Below the pieces are notes generated by a model. That model was not told where the DNA came from. It saw nothing but the letters and a program-made list of their open reading frames with translations, and ran no database searches. A DNA stretch of 24,000 nucleotides from Acidimicrobiales bacterium. GTDB taxonomy: Bacteria > Actinomycetota > Acidimicrobiia > Acidimicrobiales > Ilumatobacteraceae. Every line of letters starts with the position of its first letter. The stretch's first letter is position 1. The position numbers were made by a program, and so were the translations under genes. Location of the stretch: positions 4,767 through 28,766 of the forward strand of contig JBBQTN010000044.1 in the NCBI GenBank assembly GCA_038213195.1, in the 5' to 3' direction. Shown piece by piece: positions 7,080 to 14,573 of this stretch.

Positions 7080-9452
7080 ATGCCCGGCGACCCGACGTTC
7101 CGCTACCAACCGGCGCTGGACGGGGTGCGTGCCCTCGCAGTGGTGGCGGTCCTGCTGTTCCACAGCGGCATCGGCTGGATGAGCGGCGGCTACCTCGGGG
7201 TGTCGGTGTTCTTCACCCTCTCCGGGTTCCTGATCACCACGCTGCTGCTGCGCGAAGGCGACGGCACGGGTCGGGTCGACGTCGTTCGCTTCTACACACG
7301 GCGCGCCCGGCGGCTGCTCCCGGCGAGCCTTGTCTGCGTGCTCGCGGTCTGCGCCCTCGCTGCCGGCGGCCAGTTCGCGGGCGTCGCCGGGCTGCGCCGC
7401 GACGTGGTCGGGGCGCTGTTCCAGGTCTTCAACTGGGTCAAGCTCGGCAGCGGTCAGAGCTACGCCGACCTGAACAACCTCGCCGCCGGGCTGCGCCACC
7501 CGCTCGACCACTACTGGTCGCTGTCGATCGAGGAGCAGTTCTACTGGGTGTGGCCGGTGACGGTGATCGGCCTCCTGCGGCTGCGCCGGCGGTGGGCGTC
7601 GTGGACGATGCTGCGCAGCACGACCGTCCTGCTCGTGGTCTTCGGCGTGGCAGCGCCGCTGATCGCCGTCACGTGGGGAGAGAACGCGGCGTACTGGGCA
7701 ACGCCGGCGCGTGCCGCGGAGATCCTCGCCGGCGTGGTGCTGGCGTGCTGGTGCCAGCGCCGACCGACCGTGCCGGGTGCGGCGCGTTGGCTCGGACCGT
7801 CGTGCCTTGCCCTGCTCGGCGCGGCCTGCGTGCTGTTCCCCGATGGCAGTGGGCCTGCCTACCGCGGCGCGCTGCCGCTGATCGGCCTGTTGAGCGCGGG
7901 GTTGATCCTCGGGCTGCAGGTCCCGGGGCCGCTGCGCTCGATGCTGTCGACGAGGCCGCTCGTCGGCATCGGCAAGATCAGCTACGGGATCTACCTCTAC
8001 CACTGGCCGATCTACGTGTTGATCGACCGCCGCCACTGGGACGCGCCGGTCGGTGTCGTCCTGGCGATCAAAGCCGCGATCACGGTCGCCGTCGCGCTTG
8101 TCTCCTACTTCCTGATCGAGCGGCCGGTGCGCAGGTCGGTGCTCCCGCCGCGGCGGACCCTCGTGCTCGGTCTCGCCGGGATCGCCGTGGTCGGGGCGCT
8201 GGTCGTGATCGTGCCGAACCCGACCAAGTTCTACGCCGTCGATTCGGCCGCAGCCCAGCGCGCCGCGATCGACACGGCGCAGGTCGCCCCCCTCACGCCG
8301 GCATCGACCGCCGCGTCCCCTGCGACGCGTGGCGGCACGGCGGAGGGGAACGGCAACGGCGCCGGCCGTACGGCGGACGGGAACGGTGCGGGCGGTGCAG
8401 TGGACGCGGGCGGTGCGGGCGGCGCATCCGGTGGTGGTGCGCCCGTCGTGAGTGCACCTCCACGCGGGCTCGGCGCGCCAACCGGCGCCGGTGGGGCAAC
8501 CGCGGTTCCGACCTCGGCGTCGCCGCCGGGTGTGGCCCCGGCATCCGCCGCGGCGGGCGCAGGGCCGACTGGCGGGTCGCCGCCGGGCGGCTCGGTCCCG
8601 CCGGTCGGACCTGGCGCCGCGCCGGCCGGCGGCGCTCCCGCCGCATCGACGTCCACCGGCTCGCCCCCCGGGACGTCGCCCCTCTCGCTCCCGACCGCGT
8701 CGGGCGGTGGGGTGTCGGGTCCGGGTTCGGCGGCGGGGGAGGCCCCCTCGACCGTGCCCGTGCCGCCACGACCGGTGCGAATCCTGGTTGCCGGCGACTC
8801 GACCGCCGAGGCGACGGGCAACGGGCTGATCTCGTGGGCCGCAGCGAACCCGGCGCTGGCCAAGGTCTCGCTGTCAGTGCGCGAGGGCTGCGGCTTCGTC
8901 GGCGGCGGCTACATACCCTACGGCGCCTCGGGCGATCGGGACGTCGATCGCGAGTGCGCGCAGTGGTTGACGGTCGACCTGCCGGCGACGGTGAAGAAGC
9001 TCCGCCCGGATGTCGTGGTGATGCTCACGACGTCGTGGGACGTGCTCGACCGCAAGTTGGCCCACCACGGCGATCCTGCGCTCCCGGTGACGGATCCGGC
9101 GGTGCGCGCCGTCGTCGACGCGGCGATGTCCGCCGTCACCAACCGCATGCTCGCCGACGGAGCCAGCCGCGTCGTGTGGCTGCGCGAGCCCATCGCCGAT
9201 CCGTACTGGCTGCACCTCACCGGCGGCCAGCGCGACCCGGCCAACCATCAGGTGCTGTACGACGAGATGGCCGGGCTGGCGACGACGAACCCGGCCGTGC
9301 GCGTGGTCGACCTCGCCGGCTACGTCGACGGTGCAGGCTTGGCCACCGATGCAGCGGCGCGTCCCGACGGCGTGCACTGGACACCCGACCACGCGAAGGC
9401 GATCGCCACCGAGTTCCTCGGCCCCGCGATCGTCGAGGAGGCACTGACGTGA
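7080..9452 (+). CDS. OafA/YrhL-like acyltransferase 3 membrane protein with long G/A/P/S/T linker and C-terminal SGNH domain
   Basis: N-terminus FRYQPALDGVRALAVVAVLLFHSGIGWMSGGYLGVSVFFTLSGFLITTLLL; 'WSLSIEEQFYWVWP'; C-terminal 'ILVAGDSTAEATGNGLISWA' and 'RPDGVHWTPDHAKAI'. Start uncertain: ATG 7080, or ATG 6966. Confidence 0.93.
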   Translation: MPGDPTFRYQPALDGVRALAVVAVLLFHSGIGWMSGGYLGVSVFFTLSGFLITTLLLREGDGTGRVDVVRFYTRRARRLLPASLVCVLAVCALAAGGQFAGVAGLRRDVVGALFQVFNWVKLGSGQSYADLNNLAAGLRHPLDHYWSLSIEEQFYWVWPVTVIGLLRLRRRWASWTMLRSTTVLLVVFGVAAPLIAVTWGENAAYWATPARAAEILAGVVLACWCQRRPTVPGAARWLGPSCLALLGAACVLFPDGSGPAYRGALPLIGLLSAGLILGLQVPGPLRSMLSTRPLVGIGKISYGIYLYHWPIYVLIDRRHWDAPVGVVLAIKAAITVAVALVSYFLIERPVRRSVLPPRRTLVLGLAGIAVVGALVVIVPNPTKFYAVDSAAAQRAAIDTAQVAPLTPASTAASPATRGGTAEGNGNGAGRTADGNGAGGAVDAGGAGGASGGGAPVVSAPPRGLGAPTGAGGATAVPTSASPPGVAPASAAAGAGPTGGSPPGGSVPPVGPGAAPAGGAPAASTSTGSPPGTSPLSLPTASGGGVSGPGSAAGEAPSTVPVPPRPVRILVAGDSTAEATGNGLISWAAANPALAKVSLSVREGCGFVGGGYIPYGASGDRDVDRECAQWLTVDLPATVKKLRPDVVVMLTTSWDVLDRKLAHHGDPALPVTDPAVRAVVDAAMSAVTNRMLADGASRVVWLREPIADPYWLHLTGGQRDPANHQVLYDEMAGLATTNPAVRVVDLAGYVDGAGLATDAAARPDGVHWTPDHAKAIATEFLGPAIVEEALT

Positions 9453-9940
9453 TCCGCGCCTACACAGACGGCGCTTGCCGCGGCAATCCCGGCCCCGGCG
9501 GATGGGCGTGGGCGGTCGCGCCCGATGGCGCGCCCGCCGGCTTCGGTGGCGAGGCCCGCTCCACCAATCAGCGGATGGAGATCCGCGCCGCGCTGGAGGC
9601 GATGCGCGCCCTGTCAGGACCGCTGGTCGTCGTCAGCGACTCGACGTACGTCGTCAACTGCATCCGCCAGCGGTGGTACGCGAACTGGCTGAAGAACGGC
9701 TGGCGCAACTCACAGAAGAAGCCGGTCGCGAACGTCGACCTGTGGCAGCCGTTCATCGACCTGTACCTGACCCGGAGCGGCGAGATCGGGTTCGAGTGGG
9801 TCAAGGGCCACGCCGGCGACCCGATGAACGAACTGGTCGACCGCCTCGCCGTCGCGGCGAGCCTCGGTCCGTTCGATCCCGCCTCGACGGCGCCTGCGAC
9901 ACGCCCGCCGGCGGCGCCGTCGACCCTGTTCGACGAGTGA
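9449..9940 (+). CDS. rnhA: Ribonuclease HI
   Basis: MIRAYTDGACRGNPGPGGWAWAV...STNQRMEIRAALEAMRAL...VVSDSTYVVNCI...KGHAGDPMNELVDRLA. All four acidic catalytic positions are present. GTG start overlaps the upstream stop (GTGA). Confidence 0.95.
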   Translation: MIRAYTDGACRGNPGPGGWAWAVAPDGAPAGFGGEARSTNQRMEIRAALEAMRALSGPLVVVSDSTYVVNCIRQRWYANWLKNGWRNSQKKPVANVDLWQPFIDLYLTRSGEIGFEWVKGHAGDPMNELVDRLAVAASLGPFDPASTAPATRPPAAPSTLFDE

Positions 9941-9957
9941 GCGCACGCGACGTGCAG

Positions 9958-9988
9958 TTGCGCCGGGCTCGGCGTTGCTGCCTAACGT
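9958..9988 (+). promoter_or_regulatory. Candidate promoter giving a leaderless transcript of the SDR gene
   Basis: TTGCGC (9958-9963), 19 nt, TAACGT (9983-9988), then 8 nt to ATG 9997. No Shine-Dalgarno visible. Confidence 0.35.
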
Positions 9989-9996
9989 CGACGGTC

Positions 9997-10773
9997 ATGG
10001 ACATCACAGGTGCAAGCGCAATCGTCACGGGCGGGGCGTCGGGGATCGGCGCCGCATCGGCCCGCCTGCTCGCCAAACGCGGCGCGAAGGTCGTCGTCGC
10101 CGACCTGCAGGAGGACAAGGGCAAGGCGCTCGCCGACGAGATCGGCGGGGCGTTCTGCAAGGTCGACGTGACGAACACCGACGACATCATCAACGCCGTC
10201 GAGATGGCCAAGAGCATCGGTCCGGTGCGGGTGCTGGTCAACTCGGCTGGCATCGGCTGGGCGCAGCGCACCGTCGGCAAGGACGGCAACTACGACTCCG
10301 CCGCGAACCTCGAACGCTTCAAGCGGGTGATCGGGATCAACCTGATCGGCACCTTCGACTGCATCCGCCTCGTCGCCACGGCGATGAGCATCGCCGAGCC
10401 GCTCGAGTTCGGCGAGCGGGGGGCGATCGTCAACATCGCCTCCGTGGCCGCGTTCGACGGGCAGATCGGCCAGGCGGCCTACTCGGCGTCGAAGGGCGGT
10501 GTGGTCGGGATGACCCTGCCGGTGGCACGCGACCTCGCCGCGATCGGGGTGCGCGTGAACACAGTCGCCCCCGGCCTGATCGACACCCCGATCTACGGCG
10601 AGGGTGAGAACAGCGAGGCGTTCAAGGCCAACCTACAGAAGGGTGTGCTGTTCCCGCAGCGCCTCGGCTCGCAGGAGGAGCTGGCGTCGATGGTCGTCGA
10701 GTGCATCACCAACAGCTACATGAACGCCGAGACGATCCGCGTCGACGGCGGCATCCGCATGCCCCCGAAGTGA
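9997..10773 (+). CDS. SDR family dehydrogenase, HSD17B10-like 3-hydroxyacyl-CoA dehydrogenase type II
   Basis: MDITGASAIVTGGASGIGAASARLLAKRGAKVVVADLQ...; YSASKGG active site; 'VRVNTVAPGLIDTPIYG'. Confidence 0.9.
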   Translation: MDITGASAIVTGGASGIGAASARLLAKRGAKVVVADLQEDKGKALADEIGGAFCKVDVTNTDDIINAVEMAKSIGPVRVLVNSAGIGWAQRTVGKDGNYDSAANLERFKRVIGINLIGTFDCIRLVATAMSIAEPLEFGERGAIVNIASVAAFDGQIGQAAYSASKGGVVGMTLPVARDLAAIGVRVNTVAPGLIDTPIYGEGENSEAFKANLQKGVLFPQRLGSQEELASMVVECITNSYMNAETIRVDGGIRMPPK

Positions 10774-10810
10774 CGGCGACGCACCCGGTCGGCGGTCCCC
10801 TCGTGGTCCG

Positions 10811-10816
10811 TAGCCT
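10811..10816 (+). promoter_or_regulatory. Candidate -10 box (TAGCCT) for leaderless DUF427 mRNA
   Basis: TAGCCT followed by 6 nt (gacggg) then ATG 10823. No Shine-Dalgarno visible. Confidence 0.3.
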
Positions 10817-10822
10817 GACGGG

Positions 10823-11104
10823 ATGAGAGCAATCTGGAATGGGACCGTCGTCGCCGAGAGTGCCGACACCGTCGTCGTCGAGGGCAACCACTACTTCCCG
10901 GCCGATTCCGTGAAGCGCGAGTACTTCGTGGATTCCAAGACGCACACGCTGTGCCCGTGGAAGGGCACGGCGAGCTATCGCAGCATCACCGTCAACGGTC
11001 AGACGAACTCCGACGCGGCCTGGTACTACCCAAGCCCGAAGGATGCGGCCGAGAAGATCAAGGATCGGGTCGCCTTCTGGAAGGGCGTGCGGGTCACCGC
11101 CTGA
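10823..11104 (+). CDS. DUF427 domain-containing protein
   Basis: 93 aa MRAIWNGTVVAESADTVVVEGNHYFPADSVKREYFVDSKTHTLCPWKGTASYRSITVNG...AAWYYPSPKDAAEKIKDRVAFWKGVRV. The YFP, CPWKG and A-W-YP motifs are typical of DUF427. Confidence 0.9.
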   Translation: MRAIWNGTVVAESADTVVVEGNHYFPADSVKREYFVDSKTHTLCPWKGTASYRSITVNGQTNSDAAWYYPSPKDAAEKIKDRVAFWKGVRVTA

Positions 11105-11111
11105 CCCGAGC

Positions 11112-11216
11112 GTGGGCGCGCCGTGTGCCCGCGTGTGGCACAGATCGCGCCCACCTGATCGTGATCGGCGTACGTGGGCGCGCCGTGAGCCGGCGTGCGG
11201 CACAGATCGCGCCCAC
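11112..11216. repeat. Two 43-bp palindromic repeat units (REP-like doublet) between convergent genes
   Basis: Unit 1 at 11112-11154 and unit 2 at 11174-11216 are 40/43 identical. Each has outer arms GTGGGCGCG / CGCGCCCAC and an inner hairpin around TGTGCC...GGCACA (unit 1). Confidence 0.8.
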
Positions 11217-11251
11217 CCCGTGGCTCGACCCGCCGCGGCATCTGGGCTGGG

Positions 11252-12412
11252 TCAGGTCGTGTAGTCGGCGTTGATCCGGACGTAACCGTCGCTGAGGTCG
11301 CAGCCCCACACGGTGGCCTGCGCCTCGCCGGCGGCGAGGGACACGTGGATCCGCACCTCGTCGCCGCGCATGTACCCGGCGAGCGCCTCCAGACCGGCGT
11401 CGTCGACAGGTGCCGGGTAGACCTCCTGGTGGCCGAAGCGGATCACCACCAGTGCCTGGTCGACCTCGTCCGCCGTGGTCGCCTTGCCGACGGCCATCGC
11501 CACCCGGCCCCAGTTCGGGTCGGCACCGTGGACCGCCGTCTTCACCAGCGGTGAGTTGACGATCGCCTTGGCCACACGCTTGGCCTGGGCGACCGACGCC
11601 GCCTGGTCGACGCACACCTCGAGCAACGTAGTGGCGCCCTCGCCGTCGCGGGCGACCTGCTTGGTCAGCGATTCGGCGACGTCGTACAAGGCCCGCGCGA
11701 ACGAGTCCTCGTCGACCTCGCCCGCCCGGCCACTGGCCATCACGATCGCGGTGTCGCTGGTAGAGGTGTCGGTGTCGACCGACACGCAGTTGAACGTGCG
11801 GTCGATCACGGCGCGGAACACGGCGTCGAGCCGATCCCCCGCGATGGCCGCGTCGGTGAAGAACAGGGTGATCAAGGTCGCCATGTCCGGCTCGATCATC
11901 CCCACGCCCTTGGCGACCCCGACGACCCGGGCCGACGACCCCTCGACCACGGCCCCGGCGACCTTCATCACCGTGTCCGTGGTCATCATCGCCCCGGCAA
12001 CGGTGTCGGCGTCGAGCACGGTCAGCGGCGTGTCGATGGCGGCGATGCCGGCGCGCACCCGGTCCATCGGGTACTGCCGCCCGATCACGCCGGTCGAAGC
12101 CACGAGCACCTGCTGCGCAGGACAGCCGAGGCGCGTCGCAACCCCTGACACGAGCTCCTCGGCGTTGGCGAGCCCGATCGGACCTGTGGCGACGTTGGCG
12201 TTCTTGGAGATCACCACCACCGCCCGCGCGCAGCCGGCGCGCAGGTTGCGCCGGCTGACCAGGACGCTGGGCCCGGCGAACGAGCTGCGGGTGAACACCG
12301 CGGCCACCGGGCACGGCTGATCCGTGGCGACGACCACGAAGTCGGCGCTGTCGTCCTTGATGCCGATGCTGGCGACGTGCGCGCCGAAACCCTGGGGGAG
12401 CGGGACTGCCAT
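11252..12412 (-). CDS. argJ: Bifunctional glutamate N-acetyltransferase / amino-acid N-acetyltransferase (ArgJ)
   Basis: 386 aa; 'GVAKGVGMIEPDMATLI', autoproteolysis motif 'DGEGATTLLEV', C-terminus 'DLSDGYVRINADYTT'. Confidence 0.94.
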   Translation of the reverse strand: MAVPLPQGFGAHVASIGIKDDSADFVVVATDQPCPVAAVFTRSSFAGPSVLVSRRNLRAGCARAVVVISKNANVATGPIGLANAEELVSGVATRLGCPAQQVLVASTGVIGRQYPMDRVRAGIAAIDTPLTVLDADTVAGAMMTTDTVMKVAGAVVEGSSARVVGVAKGVGMIEPDMATLITLFFTDAAIAGDRLDAVFRAVIDRTFNCVSVDTDTSTSDTAIVMASGRAGEVDEDSFARALYDVAESLTKQVARDGEGATTLLEVCVDQAASVAQAKRVAKAIVNSPLVKTAVHGADPNWGRVAMAVGKATTADEVDQALVVIRFGHQEVYPAPVDDAGLEALAGYMRGDEVRIHVSLAAGEAQATVWGCDLSDGYVRINADYTT

Positions 12413-12413
12413 G

Positions 12414-12875
12414 TCAGACAGTCTCGGCCACGAACTGGGCGCGCACCGCCTCGAAGATGTCGCCGAGCTCGCCGACCTGCGCCGGATCGAGCGGGGCGAG
12501 CAGGTGACGGCGGACGCTGGCGACGTGGTCGGGTGCAGCGCGCACCAGCAGATCGTGGCCGTCGTCGGTGAGGTGGGCGTGCATCACCCGGCGGTCCGAT
12601 GGGCAGGAACGTCGTTCGACAAGCCCGTGGCGGACGAGTCCGTCGAGCCGGCGGGTGAGTCCGCTCGGGGAGAGGCGTAGCGCCTCGGCGAGATCGCACA
12701 TCCGCATCTGCCGGTCCGGCGCGTCGGACAGGTGGACGAGCACCTCGTAGTCGCCGAGGGACAGTCCGTGCGGCTCGAGGTCGCGGCCGAGAGCATCCAT
12801 CAACGGCCCGAGGGCACTGATGAAGTTCCACCAGGCCTTCATTTCCTGTTCCGTCAACCACCGACCACCAGCCAT
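12414..12875 (-). CDS. MarR family transcriptional regulator
   Basis: MAGGRWLTEQEMKAWWNFISALGPLMDALGRDLEPHGLSLGDYEVLVHLSDAPDRQMRMCDLAEALRLSPSGLTRRLDGLVRHGLVERRSCPSDRRVMHAHLTDDG. Start at ATG 12875 (alternative 12887). Confidence 0.92.
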   Translation of the reverse strand: MAGGRWLTEQEMKAWWNFISALGPLMDALGRDLEPHGLSLGDYEVLVHLSDAPDRQMRMCDLAEALRLSPSGLTRRLDGLVRHGLVERRSCPSDRRVMHAHLTDDGHDLLVRAAPDHVASVRRHLLAPLDPAQVGELGDIFEAVRAQFVAETV

Positions 12876-12882
12876 GGCGCCC

Positions 12883-12947
12883 AGCATAGCGTGCGCGCGG
12901 CAAAGGTTGCGATTGCAAGTACATCGTGGTACAACGGTTGTGCGCGC
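12883..12947. promoter_or_regulatory. Overlapping divergent promoters (marR / yceI) with nested dyad, candidate MarR operator
   Basis: Plus: TTGCGA 12907-12912, 17 nt, TACAAC 12930-12935. Minus: TATGCT as reverse complement of 12883-12888, 7 nt before ATG 12875. Dyads: GCGCGC 12893-12898 / 12942-12947; TTGC-gatt-GCAA 12907-12918; GTAC-atcgtg-GTAC 12919-12932. Confidence 0.5.
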
Positions 12948-12980
12948 AAGGACGCGCGGCACCCAAGGAGATCGATCAAC

Positions 12981-13523
12981 ATGGCAGACCTCAGCAAGCT
13001 CACCCCCGGCACCTGGACGGTGGATGCGAGCCACTCGACCATCGGGTTCGTCGCCCGTCACCTCGTCGTGGCCAAGACCCGCGGCCGCTTCGGCACGTTC
13101 GAGGGCACGATCACCATCGCCGAGGACCCACTGCAGTCCAGGGTCGAGGCAAGCGCCGACACCACATCGGTGAACACCAACGACGACAACCGTGACAACC
13201 ACCTCCGCACCGGCGACTTCTTCGAGGCGGAGACCTACCCGAAGATGACCTTCGTCAGCACCAGCATCGAGCCGGACGGCAGCGACTACAAGCTCAACGG
13301 CGACCTGACGATCAAGGGCGTGACCAAGCCGGTCACCTTCGATCTCGAGTTCGAGGGTGTCGTCGACGATCCGTGGGGTCACACCAAGGCCGGGTTCACC
13401 GCCGAGACGGAGATCAACCGCAAGGACTGGGGCCTGGACTACAACGCCGTGCTCGAAGCCGGCGGCGTGCTGATCGGCGAGAAGGTCAAGCTGACCCTCG
13501 AGATCGAGGCGTTGAAGAACTGA
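12981..13523 (+). CDS. YceI family protein
   Basis: MADLSKLTPGTWTVDASHSTIGFVARHLVVAKTRGRFGTFEGTITIAED...; 'NRDNHLRTGDFFEAETYPKMTFVS'; 'DLTIKGVTKPVTFDLEF'. AAGGAG SD at 12965-12970. Confidence 0.95.
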   Translation: MADLSKLTPGTWTVDASHSTIGFVARHLVVAKTRGRFGTFEGTITIAEDPLQSRVEASADTTSVNTNDDNRDNHLRTGDFFEAETYPKMTFVSTSIEPDGSDYKLNGDLTIKGVTKPVTFDLEFEGVVDDPWGHTKAGFTAETEINRKDWGLDYNAVLEAGGVLIGEKVKLTLEIEALKN

Positions 13524-13548
13524 CGCTCAGGACGGCGCGCCAGCGGCG

Positions 13549-13568
13549 CGCAGACGCGGACGTCTGCG
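13549..13568. terminator. Bidirectional hairpin between convergent yceI-like and TIGR01777 genes
   Basis: CGCAGACG (13549-13556), cgga loop, CGTCTGCG (13561-13568): perfect 8-bp arms, with no T-tract. Confidence 0.55.
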
Positions 13569-14459
13569 TCAGGCCAGCAGCTCACCGAGCGCACCTGCCA
13601 ACTGCGGGTGCGCGAAGGTGTAGCCGCTGGCCTGCAGCACGCTCGGGATCACCCGCTGGCCGGTCATCAGCAGCGCGTCGACCAGCTCGCCACCGAGCAC
13701 GAGCTTCGGCGCGAACCCCGGGATCGGCAGCACGGCCGGCCGGTGCACGGTCTTCGCCAGCGTCTTGGTGAACTGGGCGTTCGTCACCGGGTTCGGGGTC
13801 GTCAGGTTGCAGGCGCCGTCGACGCTCGCGCCGAGCAGGTGCACGATCGCCCCGACCTCGTCGTCGAGGGAGATCCAGCTCTGCCACTGGCGCCCCGAGC
13901 CGAACCTGCCCCCGAGGCCCAGCTTGAACAGCGGCAGCATCTTCTTCAACGCTCCCCCTTGCGGGGTGAGCACGATCCCCGTGCGGATCGTGGCGACGCG
14001 CACGCCGTGCTCGCGGGCGCGACCTGCCGCCGCCTCCCACTCGACGCACAGCCGTGCCAGGAACGTGTCGCCCGGCGCGGCGTGCTCGTCGAGCTGCTCG
14101 TCGCCACGCGGGCCGTAGTACCCAACGGCGGAGCCGGAGACCAGCACGGCCGGCTTCGTGCGCACCGACGCGATCGCCTCGACCAGCAGCTTGGTCGCGT
14201 CGAGCCGGCTGTCGCCGAGCGTCTGCTTGTACTCGTCGGTCCAGCGGTGGTCGTTGATCCCGGCGCCGGCCAGGTTGACCACGGCGTCCACCCCGTCGAG
14301 GGCACCGGCGGCCAACGACGCGGCCGCAGGGTCCCAGCTGATCTCACCGGCGCGCGCCTGTCGGCGCACGAGCGCCGTCACCGTGTGGCCGTCGCGGCGC
14401 AGCCGTTCGGTCAACGCAGTGCCGATCAGCCCACTCGCTCCGGAGATGAGGACGTGCAT
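13569..14459 (-). CDS. TIGR01777 family NAD-dependent epimerase/dehydratase (YfcH-like)
   Basis: MHVLISGASGLIGTALTERLRRDGHTVTALVRR...; 'VSGSAVGYYGPRGDE'; 'GGRFGSGRQWQSWISLDDEVGAI'; 'VTNAQFTKTL'. Confidence 0.93.
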   Translation of the reverse strand: MHVLISGASGLIGTALTERLRRDGHTVTALVRRQARAGEISWDPAAASLAAGALDGVDAVVNLAGAGINDHRWTDEYKQTLGDSRLDATKLLVEAIASVRTKPAVLVSGSAVGYYGPRGDEQLDEHAAPGDTFLARLCVEWEAAAGRAREHGVRVATIRTGIVLTPQGGALKKMLPLFKLGLGGRFGSGRQWQSWISLDDEVGAIVHLLGASVDGACNLTTPNPVTNAQFTKTLAKTVHRPAVLPIPGFAPKLVLGGELVDALLMTGQRVIPSVLQASGYTFAHPQLAGALGELLA

Positions 14460-14573
14460 GCACCTGAGGGTATGTCACGCGAACCCCGCCGGGAACCGGC
14501 AGGCGGCGACTAACGTCCTACCTGTCCAATGGCGGGACACCCCCGTTGATCAGCTTGTGGAGGGATCAGCCGC

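Noticed and set aside
8231-8863. Possible tandem-repeat array or minus-strand Pro/Ala-rich ORF
   Set aside because: Region is a compositionally biased linker inside the acyltransferase-SGNH gene; I could not find a fixed repeat unit.
6305-9940. 1211-aa plus-strand ORF
   Set aside because: Only the end from 9449 (RNase HI) has recognisable protein content. The rest is Arg/Ala/Pro-rich shadow translation of the opposing hydrolase and of the acyltransferase in another frame.
11094-12314. 406-aa minus-strand ORF running through the palindromic repeats
   Set aside because: Out of frame with argJ (11252-12412) and Arg/Gly-rich. The repeats are better read as intergenic.
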